Below, piece after piece: positions 1 to 10,307 of a stretch of DNA of 64,000 bases (positions are counted from its first letter, which is position 1; the number at the start of each line of letters is the position of its first letter). The notes beneath the pieces are model-generated. The model was not told where the DNA came from, did no database searches, and saw only the letters and a program-made list of their open reading frames with translations. Position numbers and translations under genes: made by a program. Where the stretch lies: positions 32,001 to 96,000 of the forward strand of contig OZ241917.1 of assembly GCA_965203805.1 (NCBI GenBank), in the 5' to 3' direction. Source of the stretch: Candidatus Latescibacterota bacterium (lineage in GTDB: Bacteria > Latescibacterota > UBA2968 > GCA-2709665).

Positions 1-236
1 CCGTGATTGCCCTGCAGACAAGGATCTCCGGCCAGATCAACAGAAGTTACGTCGGAAAGCTGCAGGAGGTGCTCGTCGAGGGGGATGCGAGGCGGGGCGA
101 GGGACAGGCGGCGGGAAAATCAGACGGATTCAAAACGGTGGTGTTTCCGAGAAACGGAATCGGGACGAATACATTCGTGAACGTCAGAATTACCGACGCA
201 ACCTCGCGCACGTTGATCGGTCATCCCGAAAACTGA
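1..236 (+). CDS. miaB: tRNA methylthiotransferase MiaB, C-terminal TRAM domain (partial, 5' truncated)
   Basis: LQ..IS...N...VG...EVLVEG...G....FKTVVFP...[16 protein letters not shown] is the MiaB C-terminal/TRAM pattern. Confidence 0.8.
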   Translation, partial: VIALQTRISGQINRSYVGKLQEVLVEGDARRGEGQAAGKSDGFKTVVFPRNGIGTNTFVNVRITDATSRTLIGHPEN

Positions 237-282
237 GTTGTCGTGCGGAGCCTGGCAATCGACGCCGCGCCGCGACGCCTAT

Positions 283-1170
283 ATGATCCTGCAAATCGAA
301 AACCAGAACCCGAGAAGAAACCGGCGGTTGCCGGACTGGTTCCGCGTACCCGCGCCCGGCAATGCCGGGTACCGGGAATTGAAACGCCTGATGCGGGAAC
401 TGGACCTGCACACCGTTTGCGAGAGTGCGCGGTGTCCGAATATCGGCGAATGCTGGAGGGCCGGTACGGCCACATTCATGATCCTGGGAGATATCTGTAC
501 CCGAAGTTGCGGGTTCTGCGCGGTAAAGACGGGGCGGCCGGAGGGCCTCGACCTGGAAGAACCCGGCCGGGTCGCCGAAGCCGTGCGGCGGCTGGGCCTG
601 AGACATGCCGTCGTGACTTCCGTGAACCGTGACGAATTGCCGGACGGAGGCGCGTCGATATTTGCAGCCACCATCCGGGCGATCCGTCGGTTGCGGTCCG
701 AAACACGGGTGGAAGTCCTGATTCCGGACTTTCAGGGAAACTGGCCGGCTCTGGAGACGGTGATGTCCGCCGGTCCCGACATTCTGAACCACAACGTGGA
801 AACCCCGCCCAGATTGTACCGCCTGATGCGCCCTCAGGCGAATTACGCCCGGTCTCTCGAACTGCTCAGGCGCGCCCGAAGGGCCGACCCCCGTATTGCA
901 ACGAAGTCAGGGATCATGGTCGGCGCCGGCGAGAGCCTCGAAGAGGTGTATCAGACCATCGACGACATTGCCGAACAGGGAACGGATATACTTACGGTGG
1001 GTCAATATCTGCAGCCTTCGCCGACCCATGTTTCCATCGCCAGATTCTACCGTCCGGACGAATTCCGGAAGATCCGGACTTTTGCGGAGATGCGAGGTTT
1101 TCGCCACGTGGAGTCGGGGCCGCTGGTACGGAGTTCCTACCACGCCGCAAGCCACGTTTCTGCAGGGTGA
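283..1170 (+). CDS. lipA: lipoyl synthase
   Basis: [12 protein letters not shown] (CX4CX5C), CTRSCGFC radical-SAM motif, C-terminal RSSY; ATG 283 preferred as start. Confidence 0.97.
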   Translation: MILQIENQNPRRNRRLPDWFRVPAPGNAGYRELKRLMRELDLHTVCESARCPNIGECWRAGTATFMILGDICTRSCGFCAVKTGRPEGLDLEEPGRVAEAVRRLGLRHAVVTSVNRDELPDGGASIFAATIRAIRRLRSETRVEVLIPDFQGNWPALETVMSAGPDILNHNVETPPRLYRLMRPQANYARSLELLRRARRADPRIATKSGIMVGAGESLEEVYQTIDDIAEQGTDILTVGQYLQPSPTHVSIARFYRPDEFRKIRTFAEMRGFRHVESGPLVRSSYHAASHVSAG

Positions 1171-1174
1171 GTGC

Positions 1175-1567
1175 GTGTTCAAGTTGAATCGACGGCGTCC
1201 GAAAGACCGGTGTCGAACCGGTCGGTCCGCCCCCGGCGGCTCAGGCCGCGGCCAGCGGTTCTTTCACGTGGCTTCGATGCAGGAAGTCCCGCCCGGGAAG
1301 GGCAAACTGGTGACGATGATGGGACGTGAGATCGGGCTGTTCAACGTGGGCGGCAGAATCGAGGCGATCGACAACGTCTGTCCTCACAACCAGCGACCCA
1401 TCGGCACCGACGGGATCAGCGGCGGGATGGTGACCTGTTTCTGGCACAACCTCACGTTCGATCTCGAGTCCGGCGCCTGTACCGAGGCGCCGCATTTCAA
1501 GGTCAGGAAATATCCCGTACGTATCCGGGAGGATGAGATTTTCGTCTCTCCAGACGCCGGAGTCTGA
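1175..1567 (+). CDS. Rieske [2Fe-2S] ferredoxin (NirD/dioxygenase-ferredoxin type)
   Basis: NVCPH...VTCFWH..TFDLESG Rieske ligands; start uncertain (GTG 1175). Confidence 0.85.
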   Translation: MFKLNRRRPKDRCRTGRSAPGGSGRGQRFFHVASMQEVPPGKGKLVTMMGREIGLFNVGGRIEAIDNVCPHNQRPIGTDGISGGMVTCFWHNLTFDLESGACTEAPHFKVRKYPVRIREDEIFVSPDAGV

Positions 1568-1589
1568 CGGGTTGCCGGGCGCTTTGGAG

Positions 1590-1618
1590 TTGACTTGAAT
1601 GGCGGCGTTCAATACATT
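1590..1618 (+). promoter_or_regulatory. sigma70-type promoter
   Basis: TTGACT-N17-TACATT upstream of the GWxTD gene. Confidence 0.5.
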
Positions 1619-1725
1619 GCCTGTTTCGGCTCCGGGCGGGAAGCCGCCCGGCCGCAATTGATTCCCGGTGTGCCGGGCGGGACACCGGATTTGAATCGTT
1701 ACAGACAATCTCGGAGACCTGGGAA

Positions 1726-3102
1726 ATGGGATCTAAAGATCGGCTTTGGATAGGCGTCCTGCTGTTTGCGGGCGTTTCGTTCTGGTGTGCGGATGGGCAT
1801 TGCGGCGAAGCGACGGGCGTGGACCTGCCTCTGATCGGCGAAGGCGATCTGGCGTTTTTCACGGACACCGCCGGCTTCCAGGCGTCGGCTGGATATACCC
1901 GCCAGGAGATTTACGTTCTTCTCGATGCGAGTCAGTTGAAATTCAGGCGGAAGAGAAAACGATACGAAGCCGAAATGGAATTGTCCGTTTCCCTGACCGA
2001 CTCCGCGGGCGCCGTCGTCAACGAAGAGACCTGGAAACGCAAGGTGTGGGTCGAAAGCGCCGACGATGTCGAAGGCGCCGGATTGCCCTTTCGGGATATG
2101 ATCGGATTCGACCTGAGGCCCGGCGCCTACCGGATGACCCTTTCGATTCGAGACCTCAAGGAAAAAAAGAAAGCGGTGGCGGAAGGAGCGTTGCAGGTTC
2201 GGAACTTTGAAAGGCAAACCTTGAAATCCAGCGATCTTCTGTTCGCAACGGGGCTTTCAAAAGCCGAGACCGACAGCCGGTTTTCGAGATACGGCTGGCT
2301 GGTGACCCCCAACGTCACGCGGACCTATCCCGCCGGCGGAGACATCGAAGTCTATTACGAGATCTATCACCTTTCGCCTCCGGTTGAGGGAGCGGACAAT
2401 ACGTTTCTGCTGGGTTACAGCGTGCTGGATACGGCCGGCGCCGTGCTTGCGAAGTTTGCCGACCAGCGGTTGATGAAACCGGGGACCAGCGCCGTTAAAA
2501 CAGAGATCTTCAACACCGGCGATCTGCCTCCGGGCACCTACTATCTTCAAGTCGAGGCGCTGGACCGGAGCAACCGCGCGGTACACAGGGTGAAGCGGAT
2601 GGTTTCGCTGGCCCGGCAGCGGGAAGTCGTCGAATTGACCAAGGAGGAACGGGACAACATTCGATTTTACAGAGATATCCGATATATCGCCAGGGGTTCG
2701 CAGCTAAAGGAATACAGGAAACTGAAGAACCGACAGGACCAGATGGTGTTCCTGAAGGGGTTCTGGAAGGAACTTGATCCTACGCCGGCCACCGACGAGA
2801 ACGAACGCCTGATTCAGCACATTCAGCGAATGCGGTTTGCCGAGAACAACTACGCCGCCAGCCGGGGAAAGCGGGGGTCGGATACGGACAAGGGCCGGGT
2901 CTACATCAAGTTCGGCGAGCCGAGCGACATACAATACAATCTGGCGGCATCCAACGAGAAGCCGTTTGAAGTCTGGACGTACGAAAACCAGCGGGGTGTC
3001 CGGTTCATTTTCATGGACCGGCGCGGCGCAGGTGTTTTCGAACTCGTGCACTCCACCCATCCTGCGGAAACGTATAATCCGAACTGGCGGCTTATCGAGT
3101 AG
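1726..3102 (+). CDS. GWxTD-domain exported protein
   Basis: Signal peptide; FWKELDPTP.T.ENE...R..FA...GSDTDKGRVYIKFGEP...EVWTY pattern (W of GWxTD replaced by S). Confidence 0.85.
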   Translation: MGSKDRLWIGVLLFAGVSFWCADGHCGEATGVDLPLIGEGDLAFFTDTAGFQASAGYTRQEIYVLLDASQLKFRRKRKRYEAEMELSVSLTDSAGAVVNEETWKRKVWVESADDVEGAGLPFRDMIGFDLRPGAYRMTLSIRDLKEKKKAVAEGALQVRNFERQTLKSSDLLFATGLSKAETDSRFSRYGWLVTPNVTRTYPAGGDIEVYYEIYHLSPPVEGADNTFLLGYSVLDTAGAVLAKFADQRLMKPGTSAVKTEIFNTGDLPPGTYYLQVEALDRSNRAVHRVKRMVSLARQREVVELTKEERDNIRFYRDIRYIARGSQLKEYRKLKNRQDQMVFLKGFWKELDPTPATDENERLIQHIQRMRFAENNYAASRGKRGSDTDKGRVYIKFGEPSDIQYNLAASNEKPFEVWTYENQRGVRFIFMDRRGAGVFELVHSTHPAETYNPNWRLIE

Positions 3103-3195
3103 TGCGCCGTCCGTGGCCGGGAGCCCGGGGGCGCGTGCGGTTCCGGGTTCACGGCAGTTGTTGCATTCGGCACGGAACCATCCAAGGAACTCGCC

Positions 3196-6100
3196 GTGGA
3201 TCCGAGATTTCTCCTGGAAGAAGGCGTGGGGATCTTTACCGGCAATGAGCTCATTGTCAAGGGCGGTCTGGAACACCGCATGGGTATGCTTACGGGCTAC
3301 CCGGGCTCTCCGGTCGCCGAGGTCTTCGATGCCGCGGAACGCATCCGCGAACTGCTGGTGGAGCAGGGGGTTGTGGTGCAGATCGCCAACAACGAAGCGC
3401 TCAGTGCCGCACGGCTCAACGGCTCCCAGATGGCGCCCGTGCGCGCGATGGCGGTAATGAAGAGCGTGGGCGCCCACGTGGCGTCCGACGGGCTTGCTCT
3501 CGGCAATATGGCGGGTACGGCGCCCGGAGGCGCGGCGGTGGCGGTGTTCGGCGACGATACCTGGTCCGAAGGCACCCAGGTGCCGGCCGATTCCCGGTTT
3601 ATTGCCAAGCATCTTTATATGCCCATTCTGGAGCCCAGTACGTTTCAGGAAATCAAGGACTGGATCGGGGCCGCGTTCGACCTGTCGGAAAAGACACGCC
3701 TTTACGTGGCCTATCTTGTTACCTCCAACCAGGCCGATGGAGGAGGCACGGTCGAGGTGGCTGCCAATCGGTTCCCCGATCTGACGGCGAACACGCCCTT
3801 AACCATCGACAGCGGGTCGATTCCGCTGGACGACCGGGTGATCATCCCGCCAAGCACGGCCGTCAAAGAGGAGGATGTCCTTCATCGACGGATGCCGGAG
3901 TTTCTCGAATGCGCCCGTGAATACAATCTGAATCGCATTCTGTATCCGCCTGAATCGGGGAAAAAGCGATTGGGATTCATCAGTTCCAGCCTCGCCTATT
4001 GCTATCTTGAGCATGTGATGAATATGCTGGGGCTGGAAGGCAGCATTCCGATTCTGAAATACGGGCTGACGTATCCCGTGGATCCGGAGATACTGAAGGA
4101 CTTCGTTGCGTTCGTCGATGACATATACGTGGTGGAAGAGAAACGCGGATTTCTGGAGGGACAGGTCACCGCCGCGCTGCAGAGACTGCATCAGGATGGT
4201 ATGATCGGCCCGTTCAGGGTCTGGGGGAAGCGCTTTCCCGGAGGGCAACCGGGCATTCCGGACAGCAAGGGGATGAATCCCTCCATCCTGCTCAAGGCGC
4301 TCTCGCCCGTGCTGCTGCAGCTGGACGATCCCACGGTCCCCGTCGACCGGGACCGGATTGCGCGGGAAGTGGACCTTGTAAACGAGACGGCCGACTATCA
4401 GGTTCAGGCGGCGGTTCGCACGCCATCCTTCTGTCCCGGTTGCCCGCATCGGGACTCCGCCAGTGTATTGAATCGGGTCATCGACGATTTCAGCAACGCG
4501 GATTATATGAGGAAACACCACCAGAAAGATCCCGCCGACCTGGTGTTTCATGGCGACATCGGTTGCTATTCCCTGCTGAAATACAAGCCTTTCGACCGGC
4601 TGATGCACAATTTGTCCGGTATGGGTCTGGGTGGCGGCACGGGCGCCGGGATCGATCCCTATATTGATAACAAGCAGCTTGTCTTTATGGGAGACTCGAC
4701 TTTCTTCCATAGCGGCATGGCGGCGATTTCCGATTCCATCAAACATGGCCAGGACATTACCTACGTCATTCTGGACAACAAGACGACGGCGATGACGGGG
4801 CACCAGCCGACCCCCGGCGTCGACGTGGACATTCTCGGCAAACCGACGTTCGCACAAGATATCGAACAGGTTGTGCGGGGTATGGCGGGCGACGGAGAAA
4901 GCGTGTTTATCGCGCGGATGAATCCGGCGGAGCGGACGTCCTACCGGCAGACCCTTGAGCGCGCGTTGTTGAAAGACGGCGTGAAGATCATCATTGCGGA
5001 CAAGGAGTGCGGAATCACGTTCCACCGCAGGCAGCGAGCCCTGCAGAACGATATCGTTCAGGACAGGGGATTCCTGCCCGAGGAGCGTCACATCAACATT
5101 ACGCCGGAGGTCTGCGAATATTGCCTGGAATGCACGCGGGCAACCGGTTGCAGCGGATTGACGGTGGAGCAGACGCTCCACGGTCCGAAAATTGCCACGG
5201 ATCTGTCACTGTGTGTCGCGGACGGCGCATGCACACGGGTGACCGTTTCGAACGGCGACGGCACCTGCCCGTCGTTCGAGGAGGTTATCGTAAAGCGTTC
5301 CCGGGCCACGCGGCGACGGACGGAAGCCATCGACCTTTCGAATCTGCCGGCGCCCGACGTCAAGGCGTTTGACGCCACATGGTACGCGTACATCGCCGGG
5401 GTGGGCGGCATGGGCATCAATACCATCGCCGCGATTCTCTCCGTGGCCGGCGCCCGGCAGGGGTATACCGTCCGGTTTACCAACAAGAAGGGATTGGCGA
5501 TCCGAAACGGGGCCGTCTATTCCCACGTGAGCTTCGCGAAGGGCGACCGTGTGATTTCCCAGATCACCCCCTACGGTCATGCCGATTTGCTTCTGGGCCT
5601 GGATATCCTGGAGGCGGTGCGTGGTCTCGAGTCCATGGGTAACGGACGTGTGGCCAGCCCGATACATACAACCGCGGTGGTGGAGACGGGCAAGCGGGAC
5701 ACGGTACTTACGCTTACCGGCCAGGACGAATTCGATACCGCCCGTCTGGAGGAGGTACTGAAGCGCCACACCAGATCCGAGGCGTATTTCGGGATGGACC
5801 TCGGGGAGATATCGGAGCGTTTCCTGGGCAACAAGATTTATGCGAACAGCATCCTTCTCGGGGTTGCGTATCAGCGGGGCGTGTTGCCGCTGGATCTGGA
5901 GAACATAAGATGGTCGATGCAGCGCAACATTAAACGCAGCGACCTCGAGTCCAATTTCAGAGCTTTTGATCTGGGCCGCAAGATCGCCATCGAACCGGAG
6001 GTCGTCGCGCAGGAGAAACCTTCGCTTTCCTCCAACGAGCTGATTGAAGACAAGGCTGGCATTCTTGAACGTGGAAGGGGCAGGAAAGCGAGCGCGGTGT

Positions 6101-6801
6101 ACCTCGATCTGACCGCCGAGGTTGCGCCGCTGGACCTTGCCGACGAGGATCGTCTGCAGTTTGCCCTGGGTGTGTACGATCTGATGCAGTGGGACGGCGC
6201 GGACTACGCCAGGTCTTACGTGAGGCGGGTGCGAAAGGTGTACGAAAAAGACCGCCCCGAAGAGGGATACGAAGCGACCCGCGCGGTCATCAGGTATCTG
6301 CCCCGCGTGATGGCGTACAAGGATGAGGTGTACGTCGCGCATCTGCTGACAAGCGAAGAAAAATACAGGCGCGACCGTGAGCGATTCAACGTGAGCGCCG
6401 AACGCGGAGACCGGATTTCCTACCGTCACTTCAACCGGGGCAATTTCAACATTCTCGGGTTCAACCTGTATCTCAAGCTGACCACCCGGGACTGGATGCT
6501 GAAGCTGATGAAACGAATGAAATTCCTGCGGAAGTTGATGCCGTCGTGGCATCGGGAGGAGAAGGCGTACCGCGACTGGTACGTCGATTTTGTCGACCGG
6601 TTCGAATTCGATCATGAGGAACGGTACGGGGACTACGTGCGGGTGTTCCGCATGCCGGAGGAAGTGCGCGGTTATCGCGAGGTGATCCGCCCCAGGATCA
6701 AGGCGGCGTATCAGGCGGCCGCAGCGATGATGGACGGCAACGGACGCCCCCGGTCGGCCGAACCCTATCTTTCCATCGAGCCCGTTGTTGAACGGGTCTG
6801 A
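3196..6801 (+). CDS. indolepyruvate:ferredoxin oxidoreductase family protein (alpha-beta fused)
   Basis: GYPGSP, RTPSFCPGCPH, GDIGC, GDSTFFHSG (TPP), CEYC..C...GC ferredoxin motif, GVGGMG, MAYKDE. Confidence 0.92.
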   Translation: MDPRFLLEEGVGIFTGNELIVKGGLEHRMGMLTGYPGSPVAEVFDAAERIRELLVEQGVVVQIANNEALSAARLNGSQMAPVRAMAVMKSVGAHVASDGLALGNMAGTAPGGAAVAVFGDDTWSEGTQVPADSRFIAKHLYMPILEPSTFQEIKDWIGAAFDLSEKTRLYVAYLVTSNQADGGGTVEVAANRFPDLTANTPLTIDSGSIPLDDRVIIPPSTAVKEEDVLHRRMPEFLECAREYNLNRILYPPESGKKRLGFISSSLAYCYLEHVMNMLGLEGSIPILKYGLTYPVDPEILKDFVAFVDDIYVVEEKRGFLEGQVTAALQRLHQDGMIGPFRVWGKRFPGGQPGIPDSKGMNPSILLKALSPVLLQLDDPTVPVDRDRIAREVDLVNETADYQVQAAVRTPSFCPGCPHRDSASVLNRVIDDFSNADYMRKHHQKDPADLVFHGDIGCYSLLKYKPFDRLMHNLSGMGLGGGTGAGIDPYIDNKQLVFMGDSTFFHSGMAAISDSIKHGQDITYVILDNKTTAMTGHQPTPGVDVDILGKPTFAQDIEQVVRGMAGDGESVFIARMNPAERTSYRQTLERALLKDGVKIIIADKECGITFHRRQRALQNDIVQDRGFLPEERHINITPEVCEYCLECTRATGCSGLTVEQTLHGPKIATDLSLCVADGACTRVTVSNGDGTCPSFEEVIVKRSRATRRRTEAIDLSNLPAPDVKAFDATWYAYIAGVGGMGINTIAAILSVAGARQGYTVRFTNKKGLAIRNGAVYSHVSFAKGDRVISQITPYGHADLLLGLDILEAVRGLESMGNGRVASPIHTTAVVETGKRDTVLTLTGQDEFDTARLEEVLKRHTRSEAYFGMDLGEISERFLGNKIYANSILLGVAYQRGVLPLDLENIRWSMQRNIKRSDLESNFRAFDLGRKIAIEPEVVAQEKPSLSSNELIEDKAGILERGRGRKASAVYLDLTAEVAPLDLADEDRLQFALGVYDLMQWDGADYARSYVRRVRKVYEKDRPEEGYEATRAVIRYLPRVMAYKDEVYVAHLLTSEEKYRRDRERFNVSAERGDRISYRHFNRGNFNILGFNLYLKLTTRDWMLKLMKRMKFLRKLMPSWHREEKAYRDWYVDFVDRFEFDHEERYGDYVRVFRMPEEVRGYREVIRPRIKAAYQAAAAMMDGNGRPRSAEPYLSIEPVVERV

Positions 6802-6865
6802 TGCGGAAGACGGCGGCGGCCCTGCAGTTTCGCGGATCCGTCCTGTTCTGTCCGGGGAAGGAGAT

Positions 6866-7915
6866 ATGTTAAAGGTCGGGGTTGCCGGTTTGAGGCGTGG
6901 CCGAAGCCTTGCAAATACGTTTCAGAACCATCCGGAAGCGCGACTTGCGGCGGTCTGCGATCCAGTAGCGGAGTGGCGGGAGCGGGCTGCAGACGTCTTT
7001 CGCGTCGGATCGGCGTACGCGGATTTCGACGCGTTTCTGGCGGCGGACCTGGATGTCGTCGTTGTGGCGACGCCGGCGCCCATGCACGCGAACCATTCCA
7101 TTCGGGCGATGGAATCGGGCGCCCACGTCCTGAGCGAGGTTCCAGCCGCCTGGTCGCTGGACGAATCCGACGCGCTGGCCGACGCCGTTCGCCGCACCGG
7201 GCGGATCTACATGATGGCAGAGAATATGAACTTCTACCATTATGTTCAGGACTGGAAGACGAAGATTCAATCGGGTGCAATCGGGCGAGTCTTCTATGCC
7301 GAAGCGGAGTATATACACGATTGCCGGAAACTGATGCAGGGTCCTGGGGGAGAACTGACGTGGCGGGCGTCGATGCCGCCGATTCATTACTGTACCCACA
7401 GCCTCGGTCCGGTTCTGGATATCCTGGACGACCGATGTGTTTCCGCGGTGGGCATGTCGACGGGCACGCATACCGAGCCCGAGATCGGCTCGATTGACAT
7501 GCAGGTGGGGTTGTTCCGGACCGAGAAGGGAAACGTCATCAAGATCCTGTGCGGGTTTACGGTGACCAGGGAGCCCGGGATGCACTGGCAGATCTTCTAC
7601 GGTACCGAGGGTACCCTGGAAAACAGAAGGGCGCCGTGGGAAGACGCCAAGATTTTCCGTACGGGTGAGGGGCCAATGGAGAAAATTCAGGCACTGGACT
7701 CCGATCCCGATGCGCCCGTGGAGGCCAGGGCCGGTGGGCACGGGACCTCGGAATACTTCATGGTGGACCGGTTCGTGCGGGCCGTTTACGGCCGGGGGCC
7801 CGTACCGATAGACGTCTACCGGTCGCTGGATTTTTCGGTCCCGGGACTGTGCGCGCATCTGTCGGCGCAACAGGGTAGCGCGCCGGTCGACGTTCCGGAT
7901 TACAGGGTCCATTGA
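6866..7915 (+). CDS. Gfo/Idh/MocA family oxidoreductase
   Basis: KVGVAG, VVVATP..HA, HVLSEVP, AEYIHD, YCTHSLGP, GHGTSE. Confidence 0.9.
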   Translation: MLKVGVAGLRRGRSLANTFQNHPEARLAAVCDPVAEWRERAADVFRVGSAYADFDAFLAADLDVVVVATPAPMHANHSIRAMESGAHVLSEVPAAWSLDESDALADAVRRTGRIYMMAENMNFYHYVQDWKTKIQSGAIGRVFYAEAEYIHDCRKLMQGPGGELTWRASMPPIHYCTHSLGPVLDILDDRCVSAVGMSTGTHTEPEIGSIDMQVGLFRTEKGNVIKILCGFTVTREPGMHWQIFYGTEGTLENRRAPWEDAKIFRTGEGPMEKIQALDSDPDAPVEARAGGHGTSEYFMVDRFVRAVYGRGPVPIDVYRSLDFSVPGLCAHLSAQQGSAPVDVPDYRVH

Positions 7916-7985
7916 GTCCCGTCGTTCCGGTCCGTGCCGGGCGACGACCCGGCTGCGCATCTGATCCGGATCCTCGTCTGAAATC

Positions 7986-8014
7986 TTGAATCGGCCGACC
8001 CAATTGGGTATATT
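7986..8014 (+). promoter_or_regulatory. sigma70-type promoter
   Basis: TTGAAT-N17-TATATT, overlapped by palindrome ACCCAATTGGGT. Confidence 0.5.
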
Positions 8015-8113
8015 CGCCGGGCAATCAGGCGAAATTTACATGGCGGCTCCGGTCGGAACCACCGGGATTCGACCGCATTCTACGCTGTTTTCAATTTCCA
8101 AGGAGGGCGTGTT

Positions 8114-9259
8114 TTGGCTGCAAATGAGTGGACGACGGTCAATGCTTCGGGAAATCTGCGCGTGGTGGTTACCAAGGAACTTCCTGGCGACCGCTGGCTG
8201 AATATTCTGGAACGGGCGGGATGTCGGGTTGAATACAATACCTCCACCCGGATCCTGCAGGTGGATGAAATCGAAGCGGCAATCGGCGATCGTTGCGACG
8301 GTGTGATCGGACAGCTTACCGAAGATTGGGGGGAACCGCTCTTTTCGGCACTGAAAGCGGCCGGCGGCAAAGCCTACAGCAACTACGCGGTAGGCTATAA
8401 CAACGTGGACGTGGATGCGGCCACGCAGAATGGAATTCCCGTTGGAAACACGCCGGGCGTATTGACGGAAACCACGGCCGAAATGGCGATCGCGCTTACC
8501 TTCTCGGCCGCGCGCCGCGTGGTGGAAGCCGATGAATACATGCGCGGCGGCAGGTACGAAGGATGGTTGCCCACCCTGTTCCTGGGGCAGTTGCTGAACC
8601 GCAAGACCGTCGGAGTGATTGGCGCCGGGCGGATCGGTGCGACCTATGCGCGAATGATGGTCGAAGGGTTCAAGATGAACTTCATCTATTACGATCCCTA
8701 CCCGAATGAGCGCCTCGAAGATTACATACGCGACTACGGCGCGTTCCTTGAGGCTCACGGCGAAGAGCCAGTGAGCGTGACCCGGGCAGACACCGCGGAA
8801 GAGGTGTTGCGCGAGGCCGACGTGGTGAGCCTGCATCCGCTTCTGGATCCGACAACGCACCACCTGATGAACGAGGAACGCCTGAACCAGATGAAGTCCG
8901 ATGCCATTCTGGTAAACGCGAGTCGCGGCCCCGTCATCGACGAAACCGCGCTCGTGGCGCACTGCAGAAAAAATCCGGACTTCAGGGTCGGGCTCGACGT
9001 CTTTGAAGACGAGCCGGAAATGAAGCCCGGATTGAATGAACTGAACAACGTGGTGATCGTTCCCCACATCGCGTCGGCAACGAGTTGGACCCGCGAAGGG
9101 ATGGCGACGCTCGCCGCCAGCAATGTCGCGGGCGTTCTTCGGGGCTTTCCCGCGTGGGCGGACCAGGACGACATCCTGCCGTTTCTGGGCGACGGCGCGC
9201 CCAGCGCGTGTCCGAGTATCGTGAATGCGGAAGAACTCGGACTGCCGGTCGCGGGGTAA
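8114..9259 (+). CDS. D-glycerate dehydrogenase / hydroxypyruvate reductase (plant HPR1-like)
   Basis: GVIGQLTEDWGE, AVGYNNVDV, NTPGVLTETTAE, GAGRIG, VNASRGP, PHIASA; SD AAGGAGG before TTG start. Confidence 0.93.
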   Translation: MAANEWTTVNASGNLRVVVTKELPGDRWLNILERAGCRVEYNTSTRILQVDEIEAAIGDRCDGVIGQLTEDWGEPLFSALKAAGGKAYSNYAVGYNNVDVDAATQNGIPVGNTPGVLTETTAEMAIALTFSAARRVVEADEYMRGGRYEGWLPTLFLGQLLNRKTVGVIGAGRIGATYARMMVEGFKMNFIYYDPYPNERLEDYIRDYGAFLEAHGEEPVSVTRADTAEEVLREADVVSLHPLLDPTTHHLMNEERLNQMKSDAILVNASRGPVIDETALVAHCRKNPDFRVGLDVFEDEPEMKPGLNELNNVVIVPHIASATSWTREGMATLAASNVAGVLRGFPAWADQDDILPFLGDGAPSACPSIVNAEELGLPVAG

Positions 9260-9360
9260 TCGAACCCGTCCGGCTGCGGATGACCAGGACCAGAGCGGCG
9301 GGGTTCCACGCGCACAAGGCGTGAAATCCCGCCGTTCGGTTTTTCGTGGCACGGCGCCGT

Positions 9361-10218
9361 TCACTCCGTTATCTTCGCAATTGCGATTCCGTATTCACCG
9401 GCGACGGAGTAGAGAAGATAGGTATCGGCGTCCTCCCGGTAGATCCCCGGATCGCGAAGCTGCCGCACCCGCTCGGGGGACCATCCGCGTCGGGAGGGCT
9501 CGAGGGGAAGGTCGGCGCCTTCGTAGTCGGTTTCGGGTTCGAGGATGACCTCGGCCCCGGACGCCTGCCAATTCATCCAGTCCGGCGTAAGGCCGACCCG
9601 GGAGCGCAGGATCCGTTCGGGGCAGTCGTGTGCGTTTGAATAGAAGACCGAGAGCGTGTCGCCATCCAGTTTCAGGGCCGTGTGGCGCTGGTCTTCGGAG
9701 AACAATACCGGCCCCTCCTCGAAATCCGTGAGGCCGTCCGACGACCGATAGAAGATCCCCGGCATACCCAGCGCATACGTCGCACCGCGCCAACGGAAGA
9801 CCCGGAAATAGGAATTGCCGAGGTTTTCCGGATATGCTGTGAAGTGAATCCCGTCAGCCGACAGCGCGATTTTGGACTGTTGGCCGTGGCCCGGCACCGG
9901 GCCGTGGTAGTACATCCTGAATTCGCGATTCCTGTCGTCCACGTGGACGTCCGGGGAGGCGAGGTGTCCGGTGGTGTAGGCGTCTTTCAGATCCAGCACC
10001 CCGGGTTCGTAGGTGGTCCACGGACCGGAGAGCCGGTCCGAAAAGGCAAGGCGGATATACTCGCCGCGATGGTGACCGAAATAGAGATAGTACCTGCCGA
10101 GGGGGTCCGGGAGCCATTCGGGAACCCGGACGAGGGATGGACCGTTGACGTTGTCGCCCATCCGGGCGTCCATATGCGGACGGATAATGGGGTTGTCCGG
10201 CAGTCTTTCGATGCGCAT
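9361..10218 (-). CDS. five-bladed beta-propeller glycoside-hydrolase-like protein (GH43/32/130 superfamily)
   Basis: NPII, NGPSL...YYLYF.HH.G.YIRLA, HLASPDV, QLRDP. Confidence 0.65.
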   Translation of the reverse strand: MRIERLPDNPIIRPHMDARMGDNVNGPSLVRVPEWLPDPLGRYYLYFGHHRGEYIRLAFSDRLSGPWTTYEPGVLDLKDAYTTGHLASPDVHVDDRNREFRMYYHGPVPGHGQQSKIALSADGIHFTAYPENLGNSYFRVFRWRGATYALGMPGIFYRSSDGLTDFEEGPVLFSEDQRHTALKLDGDTLSVFYSNAHDCPERILRSRVGLTPDWMNWQASGAEVILEPETDYEGADLPLEPSRRGWSPERVRQLRDPGIYREDADTYLLYSVAGEYGIAIAKITE

Positions 10219-10307
10219 TGACGGGTCCTCCTTCAGGCCGGCTGCAGATTGACGCAGGCCGCGCCGCCACCGGCCGTACGGTCTTTCACCTGAGCTGGGG
10301 CCTGACG

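Noticed and set aside
896-1174. N-terminal part of the 223-aa ORF as a Rieske fusion
   Set aside because: Overlaps lipA in another frame; the Rieske domain begins after the lipA stop.
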